Assembly (NCBI RefSeq): GCF_036321535.1
Contig: NC_087462.1
Coordinates: forward strand, 558,001-622,000
Source of the DNA: Camelus dromedarius
Lineage: Eukaryota
Direction: 5' to 3'
DNA length: 64,000 nt
The translations under genes were made by a program, and so were the position numbers. This document shows, one piece after another, positions 1 through 12,972 of the stretch. Each line of letters opens with the position of its first letter. The first letter of the stretch is position 1. The notes below the pieces were generated by a model. That model did no database searches and was not told the DNA's origin. It worked only from the letters and a program-made list of their open reading frames with translations.

Positions 1-317
1 GAGGAGGGGGCCTCATTGGTGTCCCAAAGGAATTAGGGTCCCACTCAGCCATTCCTCCTCTCTGGTCATCCTGCAAAAGGGTAAAGTGGGACCCAGAGAG
101 GGTGATACAGCCGCTTAGGGGCTCCCAGCAGGGAGAGGGCAGGAGTGCCAGGTATCAGTGGTGCAGGCCCCATCCCTCCTTGCCTCAGTTCCCCGCGGGT
201 TCAGAGGGGGCGAGGGGCCCTCCGGGCCCCTGGTGTTGGGATGCTGCGCCAGGGCGGGGGTCGGAGCGGTTGGGGGGCTCAGGAAGCCGGCGGCCGCTGG
301 AATCCGGCGCGTCGCGG

Positions 318-366
318 CCTTATAAGGACATGTGCGCTGGGCGCCAATCAGCGGCGGGGGCGGGGC
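318..366 (+). promoter_or_regulatory. CNN2: CNN2 proximal promoter: CArG box, CCAAT box, GC box
   Basis: Perfect CC(A/T)6GG CCTTATAAGG at 318-327, CCAAT 344-348 and GGGGCGGGGC 357-366, in a CpG-rich stretch 110-160 nt upstream of the ATG. CNN2 is a known SRF-responsive cytoskeletal gene. Confidence 0.72.
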
Positions 367-404
367 GCCCGGCCCGCGCGTCCACCGCCGGCGCGCCCGT
401 CCGC

Positions 405-454
405 CCCGTCCCGTCCCGTCCCGCCCCGTCCCGTCCCGTCCCGTCCCGTCCCGC
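405..454 (+). repeat. (CCCGT/CCCGC)10 pentamer repeat in the CNN2 5' leader
   Basis: Ten consecutive CCCGY units read directly, ending 20 nt before the ATG. Confidence 0.9.
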
Positions 455-474
455 GCCCGCCGCGCCCGCCAGGC

Positions 475-3400
475 ATGAGCTCCACGCAGTTCAATAAGGG
501 ACCCTCGTACGGGCTCTCGGCCGAGGTCAAGAACCGGGTGAGTGAGGGGCGCGCCCCGCCCCGCCAGCCCAAGTCGTCGGACCCTCCACTTCTGCAGGGC
601 GGGCGCCCCGCCAGGCTCCCCACCAACTGGGGCGGCCCTCCGCCTCCCTAATATCTGGGGGGTGCCTCCCGAGGCTCCCTCAACCCTGGGGGAGCGGTGA
701 TGTCTGTGCTCTGGCATAGCCTAACATCTAGGAGTGGTTGAGTCTAACCCCTTCCACAAGCCCTGCTCCCCCAACCCCACCTCGTCTGAAGCCCCCCAGC
801 CCTGGGCCCCTCAGCGCTGCAAGGCCTGAGAATGCCCTGAGGGTCTTAGGAGACCCCAGCAGCCCCTCTCCTCATCACCCTACCCCACTTCTGCTTTTGG
901 GGCCACTTAAGTTTCAGGAAGGGTAGGGGCCGACCGCTGGGTTTTGAGAAGCCTGTGCCCTCCCCCCACCCCCGGAATTTCCCGACCTCTTATACCTGGG
1001 AGGTGGGGCACCAAGGGGGAAGTTGGAGTTGAGGGGCCATGGCCCCGCTGTTCCTTCTACATTCTCTTTCTCCCCAGCTGACAAACTTAAAGGGATAGCA
1101 AAAGGGCCCACAGGACCTGTGGGGTCCCCTGAACGTGACCCTGGGAAGTGGGTTTTGTAACTTGCAAACTCAGGGTGGGGCTGTGGAGACACCTCTTAAG
1201 AAAACACTTGTGGTTCAGGCTCAGAGAGAGCCAGGCATTTCTGGAGGGTCACACAGCAGGGTCGGCCCATCTAGGGATAGAGGAGCAGGGGGTGATCCCA
1301 GACCCAGGGGGAGGTCCTAGGCTTGACAGATAAGGGCCATCCAGCTGGAGGAGGTCTGTCACCCCTGTCCACCCCACACACACTTCCACAAGGCTCCTGG
1401 GAATGTGGTCCCACAGTGACAGCCTCTGGGAGCCTGCCTGGGCACCAGCGGGGATGAAGCCCTGCCGGCCCCCAGGCCACTGCCCCATTGGCACGCCGGG
1501 ACCACAGACAGGAGGGTCTCTGCATCACCTCTGGGAGCTCCGAGGAGCCTCCCTCCAGCTGTTCTGGGGAGCCAGGGGAGCCGAGGGACCGCACGGGTCT
1601 GCCAGGGGACAGAGCCAGCTGGGGGGGGGGGATGCTTTTATGTGCCCTACCCAGGACCAAGATGGTTTAAGACCCCTGGTCTGCACACAGGGCTCAGAGA
1701 CGCCTTTCAGACTGCCCAGAACCATACAGCTTGCCAGTGGCAGAGTCAGGACTCGAACCCAGACCTGCCACAGGCAGTGCCTTACGGCCCTGGATCCTCC
1801 AGGGCAGCGCCGGCTTCTCCCCTGAGGCAGCAGGAAGTGGGTGAGGGCGCAGCCCCAGCAGGGGTGGGAGCAGCTTCCTGAGAGGCAGTAGGGATGGGGG
1901 CAGGTTGATACCTGCTCTGTCAGGGAGGAGGTCAGTCAGAAGGCTTCCTGTGACCAACTCTCAGTTTGCAGGTCTGGAGGTTGGGCGGGGCCCCCACCAG
2001 CTTGCCAGGGTCACTCAGAGGCCAATTCCACACCAGAACTGGAAGCCAGGTTCCTGTGGCTTCCAGCCCACGCGCCACCCACTTTCCCAGCTGCTTGAGT
2101 GGGGAGACCCGGCGCCCCCTCTGCCCAGCCTGTGCCTCACTTCCCACTCCTGCCACCTGGCTGGATGGCACAGAGGCAGGCTGATGTCCAGTGTGTCCCT
2201 CTTGAGCTCTCTGGCGGGCTGGGGGGGTCCGGCCGCCGGGAACAGCTGGTCCTGATTTAGCAGGGAGGCAGCGGCTGCATTCCTGGCAGTTTGCGGTGGG
2301 GAGGAATGCGCTGAAGGCCGACTGGGCAGCAGGGGAGGAAGGCAGCCCCTGTGGGGCGGGGCGGCCAGGCGCCTCTGCCCCGGGACCCTGCTCCCCCAAC
2401 CTCCCCTGACCCCCCGAGAGCCGTCAGGGACGGGCCCCAGCTGGGCAGGCAGGCCAGGCCTCCAGACCAGCTTTTGTGCTTCGAGCTCAGCTCTCAAGAT
2501 GACCCTGCAAGCTTCGTTTGGGCGGGGCTGCTCGCCAGGGGTGGGGGTGTGGGAACCAGAGACCAAGGCCTGAGGGAGGGGGTGGGCCTGGCGGATCGGG
2601 TTAGCAGGCCAGCCTCCCCGCCTTTGTCTGTCTTGCTCTCTGGGCAGCTCGGCACTGATCTGGTGTGTGGAGGTTTCTAGGCAGGAAGCTGGAATCAGGG
2701 CCCCAGGTCTGGTGAGCCTTATGAAAATGATTTAGACATAGATGGGGAAACTGAGGCACGGGGTGAAAACTGTCCATGATCATCAGGGAGTTGGGGGCAG
2801 AGCTGGGAAGAAGACTTGGGTTTGCAAGGGCCACTGGGGTCCCAGTCCCCTGGGGGCTGTGGAGGAGAGGAAGGGAGAGGGGTGGGGTCGGCGTGAGTAA
2901 ACTTGACCAGGGGTCTGGGACAGAAAGCCCACCCGCCTGGGCAGCCAGATCCTCAGTTTCCTACCACCCCTCCAAGGAGCCGCCCTTTGCTGCCTACACA
3001 CCATCCTGGGTCTCCCTGGGGGCTGTGAGATGCTGCCTTGGGGAACAGGAAGTGTTGAGTCTGTGAGCAGCAGTGTGTGCTGATCCGGGACCACGAGCAT
3101 CTTTATCCAGGGACAGCCTGAGCTGAACGCACAATCTGTAGGCCTGTAAGTAGGGATGGACCGTAAGCAAGGAGATAGATCAGCTCGTAGAAGGTGGAGG
3201 AAGGTTAGACGGAGACAAAGAAGGGTGGGGCGGGACCGGGAGTGGGATGAGGAGGGCCTTCACAGCCAGGTTGGGATGAGGAGGGCCTTCACAGCCAGGT
3301 GGTCAGGGAAGTCCTCTCCAAGGAGGTAACCTTCAAGCTACAAATGGATCGAAGGAAGGGACCCAGCTATGCAAACGTCTGAGTCTACAGTGACAGCATG

Positions 3401-6400
3401 TGCAAATGCCCTGTGGCAGTAACTGGTATGGCCAGTTCAAGGAGCAGAGAAAGGTTTGGTGTTTCCTTAGTAAGTTAAACATAGAATGACCACTTGGCTC
3501 AGCAATCCTACTCCCAGGTATAGACCCAAAAGAATTGGAAACAGGTGATCAAACAAAACTTGTAAATGGATGTTCACAGCAGCGTGATTCACAACAGCCA
3601 AAAGGTGGAACCAACCAAAATACCCATCACTGGGTGAAGGGATAAACACAGTGTGTCCCTCCACACACAAAACATCACTCGGCCGTGAACAGGAGAGACG
3701 TACTGACACTCGCTCCCACGTGGACGGACCCTGAGAGCACGATGCTCAGTGCAAGAAGCAGACACAGAAGGACACACAGTGTGTGACTCCGTGGATGTGA
3801 AACGTCCAGAACAAGCCAGTCCACAGACACAGTGGATTCCTGGTTGTCAGGGGCTGGGGAGGAGGAGCAGTGGGAGGTGACAGCTAATGGGGATGGGCTT
3901 CCTTTTGGATTGACAGAATGTTCTGGAACTAGAGGTGATGGTTGCACAACACTGTGAATGTACTAAATGCCATTGAATTATGAACCTTGAAGTGGTGCGT
4001 GTTGTGTATATCTTACCACAGTTTAAAGACCAGAACAGAGAAGGGCCGGTGTCTCTAGTGCCTGGAGATTAGGGAGATGGCGGAAGGGGAGTGCAAATCC
4101 TTTACGGTTCGTGTTGGCTGCTGTGTGGGGTTTGGCACCACTGGAACTGGATTATCCCCGATGTTGATCAGTGGGACATATGGAGCGGTTTATCTGTGCT
4201 GATGGGAAAGGGGAGTTGTGTGCTCGGGTGGTATGGGGACCTCCAGGCCCCACTGTCTCTTCTTCCCCTGGAGCCATGGGCACCACCCCATCTGAAGCTT
4301 CATGAGGCTACAGCTGGGTGTGTGTTTACTCCAACCCTGTGCCCTCTGCCCCTCCAGCTCCTGTCCAAGTATGACCCTCAGAAGGAGGCGGAACTCCGCA
4401 GCTGGATTGAGGGACTCACCGGCCTCTCCATAGGCCCCGACTTCCAAAAGGGGTTGAAGGACGGACTTATCTTATGCACGTGAGTGCGTGTGTCTGCATG
4501 TGCTCATCACCCTGACTGCTGTGCACAGTGAGGTCATGCTCCACGTGCTGTGTGACACCTTCTTGCTTTTCCTTCAAGAGTCTCCGGTCTTTCTCACCCT
4601 TCCTTTTTCTTGTGTTACTGCTTTTTCCAGGATCACTAATGGGGAGCATCCTTACCCCTGTCCTTTCTCAAGAGAGCCTCTAACATGACTGGAGGCCTTT
4701 CTCTGCTGCATCCTGGGTGGTTGTCACTCTTTGGCATCTTTGTTTCTTTGGTGGTGAAGACTAGATTGCAGCGGGGGGAAACTGAGGCCCAGAGAGAGGC
4801 AGTGAGATTGGCCAGGAAGGCATGAATTAGTCTCTTGGGTCTCTGTGGTTCCCCAACCCTGATGGAAGTTCCCGTGTCCCCCCACCCACGTGTCCCCCAC
4901 AGACTCATGAATAAGCTGCAACCAGGCTCAGTCCCCAAGATCAACCGCTCCATGCAGAACTGGCACCAGGTGAGGGACTGGCGGGTGGAGCAAGGACAGG
5001 GCTGGGGGGCCCCACCTGACGGGTGGGCAGACTGAGGCCCCTCACCGCCCTCTTCTCCTGCCTCCTCCCAGCTAGAAAACCTCTCCAACTTCATCAAGGC
5101 CATGGTCAGCTACGGCATGAACCCCGTGGATCTGTTCGAGGCCAACGACCTGTTTGAGAGTGGCAACCTGACACAGGTGCAGGTGTCTCTTCTTGCCCTG
5201 GCTGGGAAGGTGAGGCCCAGAGAGGGGTAGCCACCTGCCCAAAGTCACACAGCAAGCCAGGCGGAGATCCACAGATGCTCTTAATTCCTTACTTTGGAAA
5301 GATTTTTGGGCACCCACAAGGCACCAGACACTTTGGATTCGAGGGTGACTAAGGTAGACACAGTCCACCCCTTTCTGGGCAGGTCATGAACAAAATTTTT
5401 TTTTTTTTGGTGGGGGGAGGTGATTAGGTTTATTTATTTATTTAATGGAAATAACTGGGGATTGAACCCAGGACCTCGTGCATGCTAAGCGTGCGCTCTA
5501 CCGCTGAGCTATTCCCTCCCCCTACAATTTTTTTTTTTTAAAAAAACCCTCATATGTTAGAGCATTTTTAGGTTCACAACAAAACCGACTGGAAGGTCCA
5601 GAGACTTCCCAGCTGCCCCCACCCCCGCCCCGCTCAGGCATGGCCTCCCCACCTTGGTTACAGTCCATGAGCCTCCTTGGACACCTCATTATTTCCCAGA
5701 GTCCACATGACAGTTTGGGCTTCAAATAACTATTTTTACAGATTATACATTATGAGAAGCAAGTGTTACGCTTGCACCAGGGTCTGGTGACCCTGAAAGC
5801 TAGACCAGGGTGGGTTAGAGCAGTGCTTCAGGAGGAGGGAACTGCCAGTTCTGCCACGGGCTTGAGGAGGAGGTTTGCACATCAGGGAACTGGGTTCCAA
5901 ATAGTGTTTCTGGGAACCTCTGGTAGCTGCCCCGTGGGCGGTGGAGACACAGAGACCGGGGAGGAGCCAGGGCAGGCCTCCGGCGAGACGGTGCCCGAGG
6001 CCAGGACGGGTGGCCAGGGAAGGGCAGAAGAAAGGTAAGAGACACGGGCCGGCGAGGACGACCCCAAATTCTTAGCCTGAGCAATTGGAAGGCTGGGGCT
6101 GCTATGGCCGTGGGAGGGGAGGTGGGAGCCACAGGACCTGCTGAGTCTGAGGTGCCCAAAGGGTTGGGCGGCAGGTGCAGGGGGCAGGTTGCAGCCCAGC
6201 CCCTAGGCCTCCCCTGGGCTCATACACCATGCACCTGGCTTGAGGGACCGGGCTGCCCCACCCTGATACTCCTGTCCCCCTCCCCTGCAGGCTAAGACGA
6301 AGGGGCTGCAGAGTGGTGTGGACATTGGTGTCAAATACTCGGAGAAACAGGAACGGAACTTCGACGATGCCACCATGAAGGCGGGCCAGTGCGTCATCGG

Positions 6401-7558
6401 GCTGCAGGTAGGCGCTGGGCTGCTCCACCCCGGGGCCCCTGGTGGGCAGGCTTCTGGTGCGACCCAGGCCCCGTGCAGCCCGGCAGCCCCTCAAGCTCGG
6501 GGCAGGGTCTAGTGGCCTGGCGGGGACCATCTGACCTCTCCCACCTGCCTCCCTGCAGATGGGCACCAACAAATGTGCCAGCCAGTCGGGCATGACGGCT
6601 TACGGCACCAGGAGGCATCTGTACGACCCCAAGAACCATATCCTGCCACCCATGGACCACTCAACCATCAGCCTCCAGATGGGCACGAACAAGTGTGCCA
6701 GCCAGGTGGGCTGCGCCCAGTCCCGCCAGACCTCCACCTGCCTCCCCTCCTCGCCAGACTCCGATGGCTCATCCCTGTTGTGAAAAACCCCACTCTGGGT
6801 TTCCCTCCTACCCGCTGTGGCCTTGCCTGCTCTGTCTCTGCCTCAGCTTGCTGTGTGTCCCTGGGGATGTTACTACCCAGCTCCGTGCCTCAGGTTCCCT
6901 GAAAGTTTTGCCTGAAAGCCCATCCAACTCTGTTATGTTTAGATCCTGCGAGTGTCACTTTTCCTCCTGTGTATCACTGAGTATCACTGATGGTCTCCGG
7001 AAGACCTGAGCCCCAGCCTGAGCAGCTTCCTAGCTGGCAGGGACAGCTGGGCCCAAACACTGTGGTCCTTAGGGAGGGGGGTCACTGGTAATTGAGATCA
7101 ACTCAGCACAGAGTCAGAAAAGAGAGGGTTCTGACCAGGGTTTGGGAGGGTCTGTAGTAGTCTGCACCGTGAATGCAAAGACGGGGAGGTGGGAAATGAT
7201 GTGGGAATTTGGGGGAAGTTCTCCTTCGGGGCCTCTGTTTCCCCCTCTTCTTCCTTCCTTAATGCCTCTCCTCCCTCTCCAGGTGGGCATGACGGCTCCA
7301 GGGACCCGGCGGCACATCTATGACACCAAGCTGGGGACAGACAAATGTGACAATTCCTCCATGTCCCTGCAGATGGGCTACACACAGGGCGCCAACCAGA
7401 GCGGCCAGGTGTTCGGCCTGGGCCGACAGATATACGACCCCAAGTACTGCCCGCAAGGCCCAGCAGCCGATGGCGCTCCAGGGGCTGCCGGTGACTGCCC
7501 CAGCCCAGGGGAGGCCCCAGAGTACCCCTCCTACTACCAGGAGGAGGCAGGCTACTGA
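475..7558 (+). CDS. CNN2: Calponin-2 (CH domain plus three calponin repeats), 309 aa, 7 exons
   Basis: Exons 475-537, 4358-4479, 4903-4969, 5072-5209, 6291-6407, 6559-6705, 7283-7558. All introns GT-AG; total 930 nt. Translates [43 protein letters not shown]...MGTNKCASQ repeats...YYQEEAGY*. Confidence 0.98.
3243..3300. repeat. Perfect 29-bp tandem duplication
   Basis: TGGGATGAGGAGGGCCTTCACAGCCAGGT occurs at 3243-3271 and 3272-3300. Confidence 0.95.
3455..4030 (+). mobile_element. Old LINE-1 3' fragment (L1M/L1MB-like) in CNN2 intron 1; ends approximate
   Basis: L1 3'-end phrases: cagcaatcctactcccaggtatagaccca, gatgttcacagcagc, gatggttgcacaacactgtgaatgtactaaatgccattgaatt. No ORF. Confidence 0.75.
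5396..5522 (-). mobile_element. tRNA-derived SINE, camelid (vic-1-like) type
   Basis: Reverse complement reads GGGGGAGGGAATAGCTCAGCGGTAGAGCGC (A box)...GGTTCAATCCCC (B box)...AAATAAATAAATAAACCTAATCACCTCCCCCC plus A tail. Confidence 0.85.
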
Positions 7559-8199
7559 GGTGCCCAGGCGGGCTATCTCCCCACATCTGTTGCCCCATCT
7601 GGGTTTTCGGGTTTTTCTGTGTTTTTGTCTTGTTTTCCTACATGTCTGAGTGCTCCGGGCAGCAGTTTCCCAGCAGCCTTTGGGCCAGGCAGCTGCCGAG
7701 GGGAAGAAGAAACCCCGGCTCCGAGGGGTTCAGGCCCCAAATGGTTTCCGGTTGCTTCTTCCCCTCTTCTTTTTTCTCTGCTGATCAGTTTGTGGTTTCT
7801 GTACCCACAAAAGTTTCAGGCGGTTTTGAAAGTACTTTTTTTTTTTTTCAGGGGAACAGTGTGGGGGATGGTGGAGGGTGCTGAAGGAAGTAGGTTCCCT
7901 AGGAGAAGGCCAGGCCACAGTCCCCAAATATTTTAAGCCTCATAAAGTACTGAATTTCCCTAGGGCCCTCAGGCCAGCAACGCTGGCCCTTCCCAGGGGC
8001 CTGTGGGGACACCGAGGCCCAGACAGGACAGTGAGCTCTGAAAGTTTGAGGCAAAGCCAGATGCCGCCCCAACTCGTCCTTACTCCCCTACCAAGTGCTG
8101 CACAGGTACCTCCACCCGGAGGCCCTCCTAGGGACCAGCCCCTGCCCAGGAGCCCTGGGACCAAGAAATAATGTGAAATACCGACTGTGGACCAAAGGA

Positions 8200-8205
8200 A
8201 ATAAA
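8200..8205 (+). terminator. CNN2: CNN2 polyadenylation signal
   Basis: AATAAA about 640 nt after the stop, followed by a U-rich tract. Confidence 0.7.
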
Positions 8206-9049
8206 GCCTCTTTTTAGGAAATGAAGGTGCTGGAGTCGGTGTCCAAGACAGCCTGGGGATGGGGCGGGCCGAGCTGGCCTCTGATCCCTTCCGGAGCCAT
8301 GGGGGCCTGGGGGTGGAGTGAAAGGCAAACCTCTGTGGAGGTCCTCAGGACCGCCTCCCTGGGAGGGGTAGCAGCTGAGGCCCGGGGTACAGGAGAGTCT
8401 GGGATTTGGGGATTTGAGGATCAAGGCCTGGGGCAGAGGGGGAGAAGTTTGGAGCCTCGCCCCTATCCCCCAGCCCCACGTAGACAGCTGGGCTTCATCC
8501 AGCCTGGTATAGTCTCCACCTGGAGTGCCCTCCCTGGCAAACTCATCCTCAAAGCCCCAGCACCAAAACCACCTCCTTCCACGGAGCCCTTCCTACACCT
8601 CTCACCCTTCCCAGCGCCTTCAGACCTGTCGATCCACACACTTGTTTCAACTTCATCATGATCTTGTGAAATATACCCAATATTACAGAGGGAGAAACTG
8701 ATCTGGAGGTCTTCTTCAAAATCAGGGTGACCATTATGACTCAACTCTAATCTTAGAATGTTGGCGGCCCCTCCCTCTTCTGCCGTCGCCTGGCCCACTG
8801 TAGGGTCCGAGGAATGTTTGTGGAACGAATGAATGAGTGAAAGAATGAAGACTCTCCGAACCCCCGTTTCCTGGATGCGCAAATGGAGCCCCAGGGTATT
8901 AGAGCGAGTCTGGTTAGGACTGGGGTCCCCCAGGGGAAAGTGGGGAGAAAGGGACCTCCTGTGACCAGGGGCTGCGGTATTGCAGGTAGCTGTGAAACGT
9001 GGGAAGACAGCCGGGCCCGTGTGTCCGGAGCCCAGGCGGAAGGGGTTGA

Positions 9050-9390
9050 GCCGAGCGCCCCGCCTCCTCGCGGTGCTGCAGCAAGAGGAGTGCCTTCCCA
9101 GCCCTTTAAGAAACCCGGCTCAGCGTGGCTCCGCTGTGACCCCGCCTCCACCCTCAGCGCGCGCGGCCCTGGCTGGCCCGGCCTCTGAGTGGCGGGTAGG
9201 GCAGCCAATGGAGGTGGAATGGGCGGGCCGGGCCGGGCGCGGCAGCGCGCGAGGGTCCACAGGTACAGCTCGCTGCAGGGACCCCTCGCCCTCTGGAGTA
9301 GGGGGGAGGTGGGGCTGCTCTTAAAGGAGCCGCGCTCCCTGGCCGCTGTCAGGTGAAGGGAAGGCGGCAAGAGCTGGGGGCTGGAACGGT
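9050..9390 (+). promoter_or_regulatory. ABCA7: Putative distal ABCA7 promoter / non-coding exon 1
   Basis: CpG-rich, CCAAT 9205-9209, GGGCGG boxes, candidate donor G|GTGAGA at 9388/9389. Human ABCA7 has a non-coding first exon upstream of the ATG exon. Confidence 0.5.
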
Positions 9391-10699
9391 GAGAGCTTCC
9401 CAGAGAAAGAGGATGGCCCTGAGACTCTCAAGGAAGGATGCGGGGGTACGGATGGTTGGGAAAAAGGTAGATTCCCTGGGAATTAAGGGATGCGGGCCGA
9501 GTCCAGACTCTCACTTTCACTCCTTGCCAGGGAGTGTCGGGGACCGCAGAACTGACCACTCATTCTCGAGGGGAAGGTTGGGCATTAGACTCCCCTGAGA
9601 GGCGCTTTGCCAACATACGTTAGCGGATGGGAGACTCCCCTTTAGAATGGGGGTCCCACAGAAAGGTGGGTTCTTGCCCGCTGGCTGGAAAGGATTCGCA
9701 GCACAGGCAGAGGGACAGAGTGAAAGCTGCTTTATTGCTTAAGGGGAAGAGGAAAAGGCGCTGGAGCGGGGAGCGGGGGAGCCGTAAGCCCGGGTGGCTT
9801 GACCAGGAACTGCCGCCCTTGGGGGTCTCAGCTGGGTCCTTTTATCTGTTCCTCTTTGTGGCTTCTTCTCGTTGGCTGCCCTTTTCGCCCTCATTCCTCC
9901 GCTCATTCCCCTGGCTCCTTCTGCTCTGTGCAGCAGAGCACTTTGCAAAAACAAGATTAAGCAGGCGGGACCCTCAAACATTGTGGTCAGATAAGATTAG
10001 ATCAGTCGGGGCTCTCTGTTCCCTTAGGATAACTTTAACATTACTCAAGCAAAAGTATCTCCTAAGTTAAACTTTTAAAGACTTCTCTAGGCAACGAATG
10101 AGTGCCATTTCAGGTCCCTAGTCCCCCGCCTCCCTCACATACACCTGCAGTCCCTCTTCCCTAAACTCTATGCCTCATTTTACAAGTAGAGTAACTGAGG
10201 CCTCTCCCCCAGGTCCCATTTGTAAAGGAGAGTCCTGGAGTGGGGGCCGAGGGTCCTGGGTCCACTCTGTGCCCTACTGGCGGCCTCAGCTTCGCCATCT
10301 GTACGGTGATGAAGTAGGCCGGGCTGGACAGTTCCAACTAAGAGACAGTGTCAGGAATCGCTGGTTCCAGGAGTCTTCATTCGCTGCTCCTTCCACTCAC
10401 TCATTTTCAGGATCTTGTGATTTTTCTGAACAATGAATAATACATGAGGGTGGGCAGAGCTGGGGTCCGGCCTCTAGCTGAGTGTCTCGGCCTGACTCTC
10501 TAGGGGCCTGGGGTGGCCCCTCTTCCAGTCAGTAGTGTAAAATGTCCAGCACAGTGTATACTGGTTGCTAGTATCATTGGGGAAGAGCCGGGGTAAAGGG
10601 AACTTCCCCGCGGGTTAGGGACATGGCTGGGGGACAGGACCTGGAGACCTCCAAGTGGGGCTTCAGGGGGAACCTGGTGATGAAAGAGTTAAGCTGAGG

Positions 10700-10830
10700 C
10701 TCCGCCCCCCTGCAGGATTAATTGAGCGCCTGTCGGACGCCTCCGGTAGCCCTGGAAGGAGCGACAGCCCCGAAAACCAATCAGATCCGAGGACGGCTTC
10801 GGGCAGGGCTCCCATTGGCTTACTACACCG
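10700..10830 (+). promoter_or_regulatory. ABCA7: Proximal GC box plus paired CCAAT cluster upstream of the ABCA7 ATG exon
   Basis: CCGCCCC at 10701, CCAAT 10777-10781, ATTGG 10814-10818, local CpG enrichment. Confidence 0.5.
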
Positions 10831-11006
10831 GGAGAGGCGAGCCGCTTTAATAAGTGCCTACTGTTTTCTTGGCTCTAAGCAGAGCTTCCAGGAACCCTGC
10901 GCAATGGAATAGATGAGGAGGTTCAGAGAGGGACAGGGAGTTGCCCGCAGCCACACAGCAGGTCCTAAGCCTGACCCCTGGGTCCTGTCTCCCGTCCATT
11001 TCCACC

Positions 11007-12894
11007 ATGGTCTTCTGGACGCAGCTGATGCTGCTGCTTTGGAAGAATTTACTGTATCGCAGGAGACAGCCGGTAAAGCCCCGTCGGGTGAACCAGGGCG
11101 GGGCGGCCAGAGCGCCCCCCACAGCCCCCCACTCCTCCCGCCTGTTCTGCCTCCGCAGATCCAGCTGTTGGTGGAGTTGATGTGGCCTCTCTTTCTCTTC
11201 TTCATCCTGGTGGCCGTACGCCATTCCCACCCACCACTCGAGCAGCATGAATGTAAGCCCCCGCAGCGTCCAGCACTTTGGGAGGCAGAGGGCAATGGTC
11301 ACCCTATCCACAGGGCCCCCAGTGAGCGTTAGGAGCACAGATCAGGCACTCAAATAATGGCCGAGAGTGAGCGCTCTGTCGCGGGGGGCGTGATCACGAT
11401 GGGGACTCGGACAAGAGCCCCAACATCCGGTGTCCCCGCAGGCCACTTCCCCAACAAGCCGCTGCCTTCAGCGGGCACCATTCCTTGGCTCCAGGGCCTC
11501 ATCTGCAATGTGAACAACACCTGCTTCCCGTGGCCAACGCCTGGAGAGGAGCCTGGAGTCGTCAGCAACTTCAAGGATTCCCTGTAAGTAAGAGGCTGTG
11601 GGAGCGGCGGGGTGAGGGGGTGCCCATTGGCCACCACCTCCCGCTCTCTCTCTCTGTCCCCAGGGTCTCCCGCTTCCTGGCAGATGCCCATAGTGTCCTG
11701 GGGGGCCCCAGTGCCCAAAGGATGCTGGCCAGCCTGAGGAAGCTCATGCCCATGCTGAGGGCAGCTCACCGAGCTAGGGCAGGTGAGAAGGCAGGAGCCT
11801 GGGGGCAGGCAGGGCTGAGCACTGAGCCTCTGCCTGATTGTGAAACAGGCAGCAGGTTGGGGGTGGGTCTCAGGTTAAGCTTCCCTAACCCTCTGCTTCT
11901 GTGCCTTACTCCCTCAGCCTGGCCTCAGCCGAGTGACCAGCCCAAGGAGGGACCACCCCTGGCCACTGAGCTGCTGAGGACACTGCTGCGAGGGGTGAGG
12001 TGGGGTGGGACGCTGCTCTCATGGGGCCTCGGCGCTGCCCATCCTGGGCCAGGCACCTCCTTCTGGGACCTCTGATTCCAGCCTTCAGGCCTTGGCCTGG
12101 ACTGTCCCTGGTGCCCAGTGTGATGTTCCTTGTCCGATCCGTGCCCAGACAAGCCACGTCTGGCATGCTGGTGAAGACTCCAGCCCTGAGACCTTGAACA
12201 GATCATGTGCCTCTTAGAGCCTCAGTTTCCCTGTTTGTAAAATGGGGTCTCTGAAAGTACTGACCCCGTGGAAACTTGGCTAAGCCTCTCCTTGTGAGAT
12301 GTCACTGAATGTCGTTGACTCCTTGTCACCTTTCTCTCCAGGAATCCCTGGGGTCTGTGCTGGGCCAAGCCCCGGAGTCCATGGGCAGCTTTGTGGAGGC
12401 AGCAGAGGACCTGGCCCAGGAGGTAAGAGGCCTATGCATCCTCGACCCCAGCCAGGAAACTGGAACTGTGGCCGCCCGGATGGTGGGGTGACAGGGCAGC
12501 CCCACGCACCTACCCTCTGTAGGTTTGGGGAAACACAAGCAGAAAGAGAGGGAGAGGGTTCTTCCAGCAGAGTCCCTTGCCCTGGTGAAGGCGTGGTGGG
12601 GGGGCCACGTGGAAGCGAAGACAGCCAGGACCCTCTGGTGACCCACCTCCAGGTCCTGGAGCTGCCCAGCCTGGTGGAGCTGCGGATGCTGCTGCAGAGA
12701 CCCCAGAGGACCACTGGCCCCCTGGAAGTGGTGTCAGAGGCCCTCTGCAGTGCCAGGGGACCTAGCAAACCGGGGGGGCCCTCCCTCAACTGGTATGAGG
12801 CCAGTGACCTGAAGGAGCTCATGGGACAGGAGCCGGCAAGGGCCCTACCTGTTGACAGCCTGAGTGAGTGACCACCTTGGTTTCCCAGTCTGGG

Positions 12895-12972
<78 letters not shown>

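Noticed and set aside
145-474. In-frame upstream extension of CNN2 (ORF 145-651)
   Set aside because: Starts at GTG upstream of the promoter elements; the canonical ATG at 475 gives the standard 309-aa protein.
10886-10894. GAS motif TTCCAGGAA near the ABCA7 start
   Set aside because: A single 9-mer; similar hits occur by chance elsewhere in the window, including inside exons. No supporting evidence.
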